Positions 1-9,585 of a stretch of DNA of 64,000 nt are shown here, one piece after another. The stretch lies in the NCBI GenBank assembly GCA_044375675.1, contig JBILMD010000002.1:105104-169103 (forward strand), written 5' to 3'. A model generated the notes under the pieces. The model was not told the origin of the DNA and did not search any database. It was given only the letters and a program-made list of their open reading frames with translations. The translations under genes and the position numbers were made by a program. Source of the DNA: Alphaproteobacteria bacterium. GTDB lineage: Bacteria > Pseudomonadota > Alphaproteobacteria > JAJTHO01 > CANGYM01. The first letter of the stretch is position 1. Each line of letters starts with the position of its first letter.

Positions 1-1316
1 TGACCACCGACGCTGATTTAACCCCCAAAGCCATTGTGGCTGAACTGGATCGCTATATTGTGGGACAGGCTGATGCCAAGCGGGCCGTGGCCAATGCCCT
101 GCGGAACCGTTGGCGCCGCAAGCAGTTGGACGAGCCCTTAAAATCCGAGGTTCTGCCCAAAAACATTTTGATGATCGGGCCCACCGGTGTGGGGAAAACA
201 GAAATTGCCCGCCGTTTGGCCAAGCTGGTCAATGCGCCCTTTATCAAAGTGGAGGCCACCAAGTTCACCGAAGTGGGCTATGTCGGCCGCGATGTTGAGC
301 AGATCATTCGGGATTTGGTGGAAATGGCCATTGTTCTGGTCCGTCAAACCAAAAGGGCGGAGATTTTATCCCGCGCCGAAGCCGAGGCCGAAGAGCGGGT
401 TTTGGATGCCCTGGTGGGGGATGCCGCCAGCCATGATACCCGCGAAAAATTTCGCACCATGCTGCGCGAGGGCAAATTAAACGATCGGGACATCGAGATT
501 GATGTCAAAGATATCCCCTCGGCCATGAAAACCTTTGATATCCCGGGCATGCCAGGGGCGCAGATGGGGATGATGAATTTGGGGGATATCCTTGGGAAAT
601 CCTTTGGCGCCCAAACCAAAAAGAAAAAAACCACGGTCAGTGATTCGTACGCGTATTTGATTGCCGATGCCTGCGATGCCCTGATGGATGATGATGACAT
701 TATCAAAACGGCGATAACATGGGTTGAGCAAAATGGGATCGTGTTTCTGGACGAGGTGGATAAAATCTGCGCCCGCTCGGAAATGCGGGGCGGTGATGTC
801 AGCCGTGAAGGGGTGCAGCGGGATCTTTTGCCCCTGATCGAGGGCACCGTGGTGTCCACCAAGCATGGGCAGGTGAAGACCGATCACATTTTGTTTATTG
901 CCTCTGGCGCGTTTCATTTGGCCAAGCCTTCGGATTTGTTGCCGGAACTTCAGGGCCGTTTGCCCATTCGGGTTGAATTGCAACCCCTGACCCGTCAAGA
1001 TTTCTGCCGCATCCTGACAGAACCGGAATGCAGCCTGATTAAGCAATACGTGGCCTTGTTGAAAACAGAAACCGTGGATTTGATTTTTACCGAAGAAGCC
1101 ATAGAGCGTCTGGCGGAACTGGCCACAGAAATCAATGCCTCTGTGGAAAACATCGGGGCGCGGCGCTTGCACACCCTGCTGGAGCGTTTAACGGACGATA
1201 TCAGCTACAACGCCAACGATCATGCCGGCACGGCCATCACGTTGGATGTCCCCTATGTCAACGAACGCTTGGCATCGCTGGCGAAAAATACGGATCTGAG
1301 TCGGTTTGTGCTGTAG
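1..1316 (+). CDS. hslU: ATP-dependent protease ATPase subunit HslU; 5' end lies outside the window (frame 3 reads [22 protein letters not shown]...)
   Basis: Translation has the Walker A motif [15 protein letters not shown], HslU I-domain and C-terminal helical domain, and the full-length HslU C-terminus ...LSRFVL. Confidence 0.9.
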   Translation, partial: TTDADLTPKAIVAELDRYIVGQADAKRAVANALRNRWRRKQLDEPLKSEVLPKNILMIGPTGVGKTEIARRLAKLVNAPFIKVEATKFTEVGYVGRDVEQIIRDLVEMAIVLVRQTKRAEILSRAEAEAEERVLDALVGDAASHDTREKFRTMLREGKLNDRDIEIDVKDIPSAMKTFDIPGMPGAQMGMMNLGDILGKSFGAQTKKKKTTVSDSYAYLIADACDALMDDDDIIKTAITWVEQNGIVFLDEVDKICARSEMRGGDVSREGVQRDLLPLIEGTVVSTKHGQVKTDHILFIASGAFHLAKPSDLLPELQGRLPIRVELQPLTRQDFCRILTEPECSLIKQYVALLKTETVDLIFTEEAIERLAELATEINASVENIGARRLHTLLERLTDDISYNANDHAGTAITLDVPYVNERLASLAKNTDLSRFVL

Positions 1317-1646
1317 GGGGGGTGGTGTCTGATAGGTATAGCCTCTCAAGTTAATAAATATTTGGTTTATCAAAGAAAAATAAAGAAAGTTTAGACGCGC
1401 GTCTTGGCTTTGATCATGGTTTGTTTCAAGGAGGCCTGTGATCCCGCCCCCTGACAAAAGCCCCCCGATTTAGGGGGCAAAGCACCCTCAACAGTGCCAC
1501 GGGTTGCGCCCTACGGTTGACGGCCAACACCCCACAACCCACGGGTGATTGGCTCTTCGATGGCCCTAAGGATGATCCTGTCGGGCCTTTGATCCTGCTG
1601 TCTTTGATGCGACGATGTCGCGATGGGTGAGCAGGCAACCTGAGAA

Positions 1647-1684
1647 GCCCCGAAAGTGGCCCGGGCCACCGAAGGGGTTTTTTT
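1647..1684 (+). terminator. Rho-independent terminator-like hairpin (ccccgaaaGTGGCCCGGGCCACcgaagggg) followed by T7
   Basis: Perfect 14-nt palindrome GTGGCCCGGGCCAC with flanking CCCC/GGGG, then TTTTTTT. It lies 330 nt after the hslU stop, so it may terminate a separate small transcript. Confidence 0.4.
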
Positions 1685-2078
1685 GAGGGGAACCGGTCAT
1701 CCCCCCGACCATGGATAGAAATATCAGAAAATGAATGTCGACAAAATTGAACTGGTCTTTCTATACCTTCACTGTAAAAAATGCGGATACGAAAGTCAAG
1801 GGGCTGTCAAGAAAAAAGTTTTGTTTAAAATCAATAAATTAAATTTTTTCGTTTGATTTCCGTCATCCCAGACCAGCGAGCGACAGCGAGCGCCGAGCTG
1901 GGATCCAGCGCAAATGCCAAAACGCGGAGCGTTTTGTTCCTTAGTTTTCACAATACAAAGGCAAAAGGCTGCGCCTTTTGACAGTGGCGCTGGATACCGG
2001 ATCAGCGGTCGCTGCGCTCCCTTGTCCGGTATGACGATGCATAGACATGAACAGCCTTGGCTGGGTTTGGGGCATCCT

Positions 2079-2558
2079 TTAGGCATCCCCCTTCATAATC
2101 CGTTGTTTGTCCCGTTGCCACGTCCGTTCTTTTTCGCTTTCCCGTTTGTCATGTTTCTTTTTTCCCTGGGCGGTGGCGATTTTGGCTTTGATGAGGCCTT
2201 TGTCGTTGCTATAGACCTCAAGCACCACCGCCGTCATTTGGGCGCGGGCCATGGCCCCCATAATTTTGTTGATTTCGCGTTTGTGCAGCAGCAACAGGCG
2301 GGGCCGTTCCTCCGCATGATTGCCGTGACGGGCAAAGGGATAGGGGGAAATGTGCATCCCCACGGCATATAGGTTTCCTTGCTTTTCAACCACATAGGCA
2401 TCCTTCAGTTGCCCCCGTCCCATACGCAGGGATTTGACTTCGGTGCCCATCAGCTGCAGGCCGGCTTCCCACACATCCCCCAAAACATAATCATGACGGG
2501 CTTTGCGATTGACGATATGGACGGGGGAAAAGGGGGATGGTTTTTTGGTTTTTGCCAT
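2079..2558 (-). CDS. smpB: SsrA-binding protein SmpB
   Basis: 159-aa ORF with a typical SmpB core (GTEVKSLR..., KLYAVGMHISPY) and a basic C-terminal tail. It overlaps the dapA stop by 1 nt. Confidence 0.93.
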   Translation of the reverse strand: MAKTKKPSPFSPVHIVNRKARHDYVLGDVWEAGLQLMGTEVKSLRMGRGQLKDAYVVEKQGNLYAVGMHISPYPFARHGNHAEERPRLLLLHKREINKIMGAMARAQMTAVVLEVYSNDKGLIKAKIATAQGKKKHDKRESEKERTWQRDKQRIMKGDA

Positions 2559-3442
2559 CAGGAAAGCCCAATCATGGCTTGGTTTAAAGCCTTTTCCGTT
2601 GCATCTGTGACAGGCACCAACGGCAGGCGCAAGACATTGTCACAGAGTCCCAAACGGGACGCCGCATACTTCACCGGCCCCGGGCTGGTTTCATAAAACA
2701 GGGCATCGTGCAGGGGCATTAAGGTTTGCTGGATGGCTCTGGCCTGATCCCATTGCCCCTGCATGGCCAAAGCATAAACGTCCGCGCATCCTTTGGGGGC
2801 CACGTTGGCCGTGACGGAAATGGACCCCACCGCCCCCACGGCGTAAAAGGCCAGAGCCGAGGCATCATCCCCAGATAAAAACACAAAATTTTCCCGCAAG
2901 CCCCGCGCCCTGAGGCGTAAAATCCGGCCCATATCGCCGGTGGCATCCTTGATGCCCGCCATGCGGGGAAGGTTGGCCAAGGATAAAATCACATCATCCG
3001 GCAGCGCCAACCCCGTGCGGCCGGGAACATCATACAAAAACAGGGGCAGAGATGTGGCATCATGAATGGCCTGAAAATGGGCCAACAGTCCGGCCTTTGT
3101 GGGTTTGTTGTAATAGGGGGTGATCAAAAGGGCCGCATCGGCCCCCATGGCGGCGGCGGCCTGTGTCAGCTCTATGGCCTCTGTGGTGTTGTTGGATCCT
3201 GTGCCGGCTATGACGGGGCAGCGTCCTTTGGCGGTATCGACGCAGTGTTTCATCACAGCCAGATGTTCATCCAGACTCAGCGTTGCCGATTCCCCCGTGG
3301 TGCCACAGGGGACAAGGCCCCTGGTCCCCCCCGCGAGTTGGTATTCGATCAGATGGGCAAAGGCAGCAAAGTCCAGATCCCCCTGCAGCGTCATGGGCGT
3401 TAAAAGCGCCACCATAGAGCCAGAAAAAGAAGGGTGTGTCAT
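2558..3442 (-). CDS. dapA: 4-hydroxy-tetrahydrodipicolinate synthase
   Basis: N-terminal GSMVALLTPM, the TGE motif and length 294 aa are typical of DapA. The dapA-smpB adjacency is common in Alphaproteobacteria. Confidence 0.93.
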   Translation of the reverse strand: MTHPSFSGSMVALLTPMTLQGDLDFAAFAHLIEYQLAGGTRGLVPCGTTGESATLSLDEHLAVMKHCVDTAKGRCPVIAGTGSNNTTEAIELTQAAAAMGADAALLITPYYNKPTKAGLLAHFQAIHDATSLPLFLYDVPGRTGLALPDDVILSLANLPRMAGIKDATGDMGRILRLRARGLRENFVFLSGDDASALAFYAVGAVGSISVTANVAPKGCADVYALAMQGQWDQARAIQQTLMPLHDALFYETSPGPVKYAASRLGLCDNVLRLPLVPVTDATEKALNQAMIGLS

Positions 3443-3474
3443 GGTGTTTCAGCGTGTCCTTTGTTCAAAAAAGC

Positions 3475-3831
3475 CTATAAAATCTTCTGATAATAAACCC
3501 CTGTTTGGGGAAACGTTGCACTGACCCAATCTTTTTTGATCACCAGAGCCAACAGCATCACCATACTGATAAAGCTGAGTGTCATAGCCGTTGTCCACAA
3601 ACGGTTTTTGGGTTTAAAATCCATGGATAGAGAGGGCAACTGCCCCGATACGGGGTTTTGGGTGGGTTGGGGCGCGAAAGAGGGCTCGGTTTCATCGCCA
3701 GGCATTTGAAACCAAATGTGCAAACAGCGGGCGCACCGGACGAATCGGCCTGTCACCCCCAGGCTTTCCCGCTGCAGCGCAAAGCGCGACGTACATTCCG
3801 AGCAGGTGATGATCATAGGGTTTCCCAACAT
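3475..3831 (-). CDS. Zinc-ribbon (MJ0042-type) domain membrane protein
   Basis: Has CSEC...CARC (two CxxC pairs) N-terminally, a Pro-rich linker and one predicted TM helix near the C-terminus. The start codon is uncertain. Confidence 0.5.
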   Translation of the reverse strand: MLGNPMIITCSECTSRFALQRESLGVTGRFVRCARCLHIWFQMPGDETEPSFAPQPTQNPVSGQLPSLSMDFKPKNRLWTTAMTLSFISMVMLLALVIKKDWVSATFPQTGVYYQKIL

Positions 3832-3913
3832 TCATGTCCTGAATTACGATAAAGGGCTTTTCATCATTTGTGAATGGGGTACATTAAAGGCCTCCTTGAA
3901 AAAGACTTTATTT

Positions 3914-4996
3914 ATGCCCGAAATTCTTCATCGTCTCAGTGTTGTTCTGCCGGATCGGTCGTATCCCTTGGTGATTGGTCGTGGACTGGTGGGGGATGGG
4001 CTTGCGTGCCTCAACATCCGCCCCCGCCGCTGTGTGGTGGTGAGCGATGAAACGGTTTATCCGCTTTATGGTCCTGCGCTTGTCCGTGCCTTGCCCGAAG
4101 CGCCGGCCTTTGTTTTGCCGGCGGGGGAAGCCAGCAAATCTTGGGGTTACCTTCAAAAGCTGACGGCCTTTTGTTTGGATCATCGTGTGGATCGGGACAC
4201 GCTGATTGTGGCCTTGGGCGGGGGGGTTGTGGGGGACTTGGCGGGCTTTGCGGCCAGCATTCTTCTGCGGGGGCTGCCCATTGTTCATATCCCCACCACG
4301 CTCTTATCTCAGGTGGACAGTGCCATTGGGGGGAAAACGGCCATTAACACGCCGCAGGGCAAGAATCTGGTGGGCACCTTTTACCAGCCCAGCGGCGTGA
4401 TGATGGATATTGATGTGCTTTCCAGCCTGCCCGCGGATCAGATGCTGGCGGGATATGGGGAAATTTTGAAATATGCCCTGCTGGGAAAGGCTGATTTTTT
4501 TGATTTTTTAGAGGGGAATGTGCAATCCCTGCTGAACAAAGATCCCAGCGTTCTGGCCCATGTTCTCTCCATCAGTGCCCAGATGAAAGCGGACATTGTG
4601 GGTAAGGATGAACGGGAACAGGGTCAGCGGGCCCTTTTGAACTTGGGCCACACCTTTGGCCATGCCATTGAGCAGGTCAGTGGGTTTTCCGTCCTGCATG
4701 GTCACGCGGTGCTAAGGGGGCTGTCTTTGGCGGCGGATTTATCACACCGTCTGGGGTTTTTGCCAGAGGATCAGAATGCCCGTATTCAGCGTCATATTTG
4801 CAGCCTGCCCCTAACCCTGAATTTGGCAAGCTTTGCCGTTTCTGATGTGATGCAGGCCATGCAGGTGGATAAAAAGAAAAAAGACGATGTTCTGACGTTT
4901 ATTCTTTTAAACCGTATCGGTGAAGCGTTTATTCACAAACAGCCTGTGCCCCCTGCCGTGATCGAGGATGTCTGGCGTGCGGGAGGGGCGGTGTGA
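3914..4996 (+). CDS. aroB: 3-dehydroquinate synthase
   Basis: GGGVVGDLAGFAA nucleotide-binding motif, metal-binding His residues (HGHAV) and ~360 aa length. The start is set at MPEILHRL rather than the ORF-track start, to avoid overlap with the upstream gene. Confidence 0.9.
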   Translation: MPEILHRLSVVLPDRSYPLVIGRGLVGDGLACLNIRPRRCVVVSDETVYPLYGPALVRALPEAPAFVLPAGEASKSWGYLQKLTAFCLDHRVDRDTLIVALGGGVVGDLAGFAASILLRGLPIVHIPTTLLSQVDSAIGGKTAINTPQGKNLVGTFYQPSGVMMDIDVLSSLPADQMLAGYGEILKYALLGKADFFDFLEGNVQSLLNKDPSVLAHVLSISAQMKADIVGKDEREQGQRALLNLGHTFGHAIEQVSGFSVLHGHAVLRGLSLAADLSHRLGFLPEDQNARIQRHICSLPLTLNLASFAVSDVMQAMQVDKKKKDDVLTFILLNRIGEAFIHKQPVPPAVIEDVWRAGGAV

Positions 4997-5325
4997 AGAC
5001 CCTGACCAAACGGGCGCATTTTGTGCAGATGCAAAAAACCGCGCAGTCCTTCGTGACCTCCGGATTGATTGTGCAATATGCGCCGCAGGGGCAAGAGTCT
5101 GTTGTGGTGGGCTACACCGCGTCCCGCAAAGTGGGCGGCGCCGTGCAAAGAAATTTTGCCAAACGCCGGATGCGCCATCTGGCCCGTTTGGTTCTGGCCC
5201 AGCAAGATCCGGCCTGTTATGTTTTGATTGCGCGAAAGGATTGTCTAACCTTGCCCTTTGATCGGTTGCACCGTGATTTACAGTGGGCTTTGCGCAGATT
5301 GAAGGGAGAAAAAAAAGATGTCTGA
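4993..5325 (+). CDS. rnpA: Ribonuclease P protein component
   Basis: Contains the RnpA signature ...TASRKVGGAVQRNFAKRRMRHLAR (the RNR-motif region) and is 110 aa. GTG start overlaps the aroB stop (GTGA). There is no rpmH upstream, so the context is atypical. Confidence 0.6.
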   Translation: MKTLTKRAHFVQMQKTAQSFVTSGLIVQYAPQGQESVVVGYTASRKVGGAVQRNFAKRRMRHLARLVLAQQDPACYVLIARKDCLTLPFDRLHRDLQWALRRLKGEKKDV

Positions 5326-6676
5326 GATGTATGATTTGATTGTGATTGGGGGGGGATCCGGCGGGGTTGCCTGTGCCCGTCGCTTGGCGGCCCGCGGAAA
5401 AACAGTGGCCCTGATTGAATCCCAGCGCGTGGGGGGTACCTGCGTCATGCGGGGATGCGTGCCCAAGAAACTGTTTTGGTATGCGGCCCATGCCAGCGAA
5501 GATGTGGCTTTGGCCCAAGATTACGGATGGGATGTGCAGGGCGGCCCCTTTGATTGGCCGCCCTTTATCGAAAAAAAGCGTCAGGAACTGAACCGGCTGG
5601 AGGGGATTTATCAGAACCTGCTGACCACCAGCGGCGTGGATGTTTTTAACGGGCATGGCGCCCTAAAGGGGCCCAACGCGGTGGTTCTGACAACGCCGTC
5701 AGGTCCATCCCGTACTCTGAAAGGCCATCATATCTTGCTGGCCACGGGGTCCACACCCAAACCCCTGCCCATTCCTGGGGGGGATCAGGCTCTGGTTTCG
5801 GATCATATCCTTGATCTGGCGGCCTTGCCCGAATCCATCGCCATCATCGGGGGGGGATTTATTGCGGTGGAAATGGCGTCGATTTTAAATGCCTTCGGCG
5901 TGCAGGTTCATTTGGTTTTAAAATATGATTTTGTTTTGCCTGGCTTTGATCGGGAATCGGCGGATGTCTTGCTGTCATGCCTGAAAGAGCGGGGCATTCA
6001 GGTCTATCCGTCCTGCCAAGTGCATGAGATTACGCATCAGGGGCAAAGGGTTCATCTGCAGGGGCAGGCTTTACAGGTCAGCTGCACCCTGAACGCCGTA
6101 GGGCGGCAGCCTTTGACAGCGGGGCTGGGTTTGGAAACGGTGGGGGTTGCCCTGCATCCGCAGCATGGCGGGATTGTGGTGGATGAACAAAATCGCACAT
6201 CGGTGCCCTCGATTTTTGCGGTGGGGGATGTGGTGAATGATATCAACCTCACCCCCTTTGCCATTGCGCAGGGGCGAAAGCTGGCGGATCGCCTCTCGGG
6301 CCTAAGTCCGGCGCCGCTGGATCGCACAGCCCTGCCCATGGCGGTGTTTACGGACCCCCCCCTGGCCGCGGCAGGATTGTCTGAGGAAGCTGCCCGCAAG
6401 GCAGGATATGATGTGGCTGTGTATGTGTCCCGTTTTCGCCCCATGAAGTATGTTTTGACCCAAAAAACCGAAAAAACATTCATGAAACTTTTGGTGGATC
6501 GCGCCAGTGATCGGGTTTTGGGGTGCGTGATGGTGGGGCCGGATGCGCCGGAGATTATTCAGGGGTTTGGCGTGGCCCTAACCTGCGGGGCCACCAAAGC
6601 GCAGTTTGATGCCACACTCGCCATTCACCCCAGCAGCGCCGAGGAGTTTGTCACCATGGGGGCGCCGAGGGGGTAG
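5318..6676 (+). CDS. gor: Glutathione-disulfide reductase (pyridine nucleotide-disulfide oxidoreductase, class I)
   Basis: N-terminal FAD motif DLIVIGGGSGG and redox-active GGTCVMRGCVPKK. A second NAD(P)-binding GGGFIAVE motif and C-terminal dimerisation HPSSAEE are present. Overlaps rnpA by 8 nt. Confidence 0.85.
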   Translation: MSEMYDLIVIGGGSGGVACARRLAARGKTVALIESQRVGGTCVMRGCVPKKLFWYAAHASEDVALAQDYGWDVQGGPFDWPPFIEKKRQELNRLEGIYQNLLTTSGVDVFNGHGALKGPNAVVLTTPSGPSRTLKGHHILLATGSTPKPLPIPGGDQALVSDHILDLAALPESIAIIGGGFIAVEMASILNAFGVQVHLVLKYDFVLPGFDRESADVLLSCLKERGIQVYPSCQVHEITHQGQRVHLQGQALQVSCTLNAVGRQPLTAGLGLETVGVALHPQHGGIVVDEQNRTSVPSIFAVGDVVNDINLTPFAIAQGRKLADRLSGLSPAPLDRTALPMAVFTDPPLAAAGLSEEAARKAGYDVAVYVSRFRPMKYVLTQKTEKTFMKLLVDRASDRVLGCVMVGPDAPEIIQGFGVALTCGATKAQFDATLAIHPSSAEEFVTMGAPRG

Positions 6677-6693
6677 GGGTATTAAAAAGAATC

Positions 6694-7392
6694 TTACCGA
6701 TTTTCCCAATAGATTAAATCACGCCCTAGTTTTTTCAGATAATACTCTTCAGGAATATCAGGCACATATCGCAAGAAACTATGCGGATAGGGAAAAAAAT
6801 GAAAATGAGGGTTGAAAGTAAACAGATATTCCCTCTCTAAAGGAACAACAATAATCAAACGTTTGTTGCACACACGGCGCAGTTCACGGATTGCTCCTCC
6901 TATATCCAAAATGTGCTCTAATGTGTGAGTACATATGACGGTATCAAAGTGTCCATCTGGAAAGGGGAGATTTTCAATTTTGGCCTCTTGGAAATAAATT
7001 TCTGGATACTTATCCCTATCTTTTTGATGAATAATAAAATCCACGGCTGTGTATTTTTTCTTTCCTTGGGTGTTTTTAGATAGCCAATTTGCCGTGTATC
7101 CTGTACCACAACCCACGTCGCAGATAGTTTCACCAATGATTATCTGGCTTATTGCTTTTAAACAATCGATAGTGTTGTCTGTATTATCTTGGACTCTGGG
7201 GTGAGTTTCGTAAAGATCCTTATATTCTTTGGGAGTTAAAAACGGTGCATTTTTCCGAAACGTCTCTAGTTGATCGATATGTTTTCCCCAAGCGCAGCGA
7301 AATAAAAAACGCATGAAGCCGGAGTCACGTAAAATAGGAGGCACAAGCTCTTCTAAAATAAAACGAATACGGTTTGTTGTTTCCCTATTCAT
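6694..7392 (-). CDS. Class I SAM-dependent methyltransferase (low-GC, probably horizontally acquired)
   Basis: Motif I VCDVGCGTGY and a post-I acidic residue pattern (DTVICTHTLEHI). The gene and its flanks are markedly AT-rich relative to its neighbours. Confidence 0.7.
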   Translation of the reverse strand: MNRETTNRIRFILEELVPPILRDSGFMRFLFRCAWGKHIDQLETFRKNAPFLTPKEYKDLYETHPRVQDNTDNTIDCLKAISQIIIGETICDVGCGTGYTANWLSKNTQGKKKYTAVDFIIHQKDRDKYPEIYFQEAKIENLPFPDGHFDTVICTHTLEHILDIGGAIRELRRVCNKRLIIVVPLEREYLFTFNPHFHFFPYPHSFLRYVPDIPEEYYLKKLGRDLIYWENR

Positions 7393-7404
7393 TAAATATC
7401 TCTC

Positions 7405-8133
7405 TTATCCCAAAACAATAAACTGGACCGTTTCGGCAATGTTGGTGGCACGGTCCCCCACGCGCTCAAAATTCTTCGCGATAAAGATCAGATGGGTGCA
7501 CAGTTTAATATCGTCGGGGTGGGTTTGCATATAGGACATGAGTTCTGTCAGCAGGGCGTTATAGGCTTCGTCCAAAACATCATCTTTGGATTCGACACTT
7601 TTGGCCAGTTCGATATCCTGATTTTGATAGGCCAGCAGGGCATCCCGCAAAATGGGCTCTGCCAGACGGGCCATGGCCAAAACGGCTTGTGTAGGGCCCA
7701 ACTCTGCACCGGCATTGATCTTGCTGGCACGTTTGGCGATGTTGGCGGCATAATCCCCCATACGTTCAAGGTCACGGGCGATTTTCATGGTGCCAATCAC
7801 AAGGCGCAGGTCTGATGCCATGGGTTGGCGCAGGGCCAGCATTTTCAGGCCCTGTTGATTGATGGAATGCTCCAGCGCGTTGACCTCTTGATCGCGTTTT
7901 GAGGTTTCGATGGCGATGTCATTGTTGCGGGCCTGCAGGGCTTCGGCAGACAGGCCCAGCTGCTCTTCAACAAGCTTGCCCATGGCCACGCAATCCCCCG
8001 TCATTTGAGAGAGGGCCTGATCATAGGATTTAACAGTATGGCTTTCGTACGCGGTCACAGAATCACCCTTGTCTACAAGGTTATTGTTTTCAAACCTCAA
8101 ACCATCGTTTGGGTCTTTTAACAATCTTATCAC
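7405..8133 (-). CDS. phoU: Phosphate transport system regulator PhoU
   Basis: Two PhoU repeats (ARDLERMGDYAANIA ... AKNFERVGDRATNIAE). The N-terminus may be about 25 aa shorter than the ORF-track start. Confidence 0.85.
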   Translation of the reverse strand: MIRLLKDPNDGLRFENNNLVDKGDSVTAYESHTVKSYDQALSQMTGDCVAMGKLVEEQLGLSAEALQARNNDIAIETSKRDQEVNALEHSINQQGLKMLALRQPMASDLRLVIGTMKIARDLERMGDYAANIAKRASKINAGAELGPTQAVLAMARLAEPILRDALLAYQNQDIELAKSVESKDDVLDEAYNALLTELMSYMQTHPDDIKLCTHLIFIAKNFERVGDRATNIAETVQFIVLG

Positions 8134-9131
8134 GAAAGCTTTAAAAAACCAAAACTTTCTCTGATTGTGCCCATGGTGCTTTCAGCCTTTTCAAGGCATT
8201 TGGATGCGTGCTGGGCCAGAAGGGCTTTTAAACCTTCGGGATCGGACAAGCGTTCGTGGATGCCCTGACGAATGGGGGCGATATGGGTGATCAAAACTTG
8301 GGTTAAGTCATCCTTTAAAACAGAAAACGTCTGTCCGGCATAACTTTGCAGGGTGTCGGATAAGGTGCGATTTTCCAGAACGGAGAGGATGGTCAGCAAA
8401 TTTTTGGCCTCTGGCCGATTGTCCAAGCCTGCAACATCGCTGGGCAGGGCATCGCTGTCGGTTTTGGCGCGGCGGATTTTTTGGGCGATGGTGTCATCGT
8501 CGTCGGTGAGGTGAATGCGGCTGGCCTCGGACGGGTCAGATTTGCTCATTTTTTTTGTTCCGTCCCGCAGACTCATGATGCGGGGGGCCACTTTGGACAC
8601 CATGGGCTCAGGAATGACCAAAAGATCTTTGCCATACGCCCGATTCACGGCCGCTGCGATATCGCGGGCCAATTCCAGATGTTGTTTTTGGTCCTCCCCC
8701 ACGGGGACATGGGTTGCGCCAAACAGGACAATATCGGCGGCCATCAACACGGGATAGGCATACAGACCCAAAACCGCCTGATCCTTATGCTTTCCCGCTT
8801 TGTCCTTAAACTGCGTCATGCGGTTCAGCCAACCCATGGGGGTGTGACAGGACAGCAGCCACGCCAGCTCGGCATGTTGGGGCACAGCGCTTTGGGGGTA
8901 AATGGTGACACGCTGGGGATCCAGACCACAGGCCAAATACGTGGCTGCCGTCATCAGAACGGACTGGCGCAGGGCCTCTGGATCCTGAAACACGGTAATG
9001 GCATGCCAATCGACAATACAAAAGGTGCATTCGGCAATGGCCTGCAGCTCTTTCCAAGCCACAATGGCCCCCAGATGATTCCCCAAATGCAAGGCCCCCG
9101 TGGGCTGAATTCCTGAAAAAACACGCATCAT
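8130..9131 (-). CDS. trpS: Tryptophan--tRNA ligase
   Basis: HIGH-class signature (GALHLGNHLGAI), KMSKS motif and 333 aa length. Confidence 0.95.
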   Translation of the reverse strand: MMRVFSGIQPTGALHLGNHLGAIVAWKELQAIAECTFCIVDWHAITVFQDPEALRQSVLMTAATYLACGLDPQRVTIYPQSAVPQHAELAWLLSCHTPMGWLNRMTQFKDKAGKHKDQAVLGLYAYPVLMAADIVLFGATHVPVGEDQKQHLELARDIAAAVNRAYGKDLLVIPEPMVSKVAPRIMSLRDGTKKMSKSDPSEASRIHLTDDDDTIAQKIRRAKTDSDALPSDVAGLDNRPEAKNLLTILSVLENRTLSDTLQSYAGQTFSVLKDDLTQVLITHIAPIRQGIHERLSDPEGLKALLAQHASKCLEKAESTMGTIRESFGFLKLS

Positions 9132-9140
9132 GATGGGGGA

Positions 9141-9551
9141 TTACATGGAATCTTCGATAGGGCCATCATCAAACAGGGCGGGGGATTCCAGCGCCTGATC
9201 TTCGCTCTCTGAGAGGGAAGACAAGGGGCGGGGTTGGTCGTCATCAAAAGAGGTGCGGGGCTGACGATCCCCCAAAGCCCGATCACAGGCGTTGATCACC
9301 CGCTGGTAATGATCCGCGTGTTGAAAATGGTTTTCGGCCCGCGTTTCATCCCCCGAAGACAGGGCATCCCGCGCCAGATCCAAATGACGGTTCAGGGCAT
9401 TTTGGGCATTGTTGCGGGTTTTGCGATCAAATTGTTCCTGAGAGGCAAAAGACGGCCGTCTGGGGCCACCACTGTTGAAATTTCCATGATTCCCACCAGG
9501 ACGGCGACGAAATCGTTTCATGGGGTTGTGTTTATTGCCAGGGGTGTTCAT
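9141..9551 (-). CDS. DUF4167 domain protein
   Basis: Gly/Arg-rich N-terminus and a conserved NAQNALNRHLDLARDA...AENHFQHADHYQR block typical of the alphaproteobacterial DUF4167 family. Confidence 0.55.
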   Translation of the reverse strand: MNTPGNKHNPMKRFRRRPGGNHGNFNSGGPRRPSFASQEQFDRKTRNNAQNALNRHLDLARDALSSGDETRAENHFQHADHYQRVINACDRALGDRQPRTSFDDDQPRPLSSLSESEDQALESPALFDDGPIEDSM

Positions 9552-9585
9552 GCTTAGGGATTCATCTTCAAAAAATGGGGAGGGG

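Noticed and set aside
477-1172. 231-aa minus-strand ORF and other ORFs of 60-170 aa antisense to hslU
   Set aside because: They lie entirely inside the well-supported hslU reading frame on the opposite strand and show no motifs. Long antisense ORFs are a typical artefact of GC-rich coding sequence.
1317-2078. Possible tmRNA (ssrA) next to smpB
   Set aside because: I looked for the tRNA-like T-arm (GGTTCGAnTCC) and a CCA-proximal acceptor on both strands and did not find them. Only generic hairpins are present.
8481-9116. 211-aa plus-strand ORF
   Set aside because: It is antisense to trpS, which has HIGH and KMSKS motifs, and has a Gly/His-rich composition typical of spurious frames.
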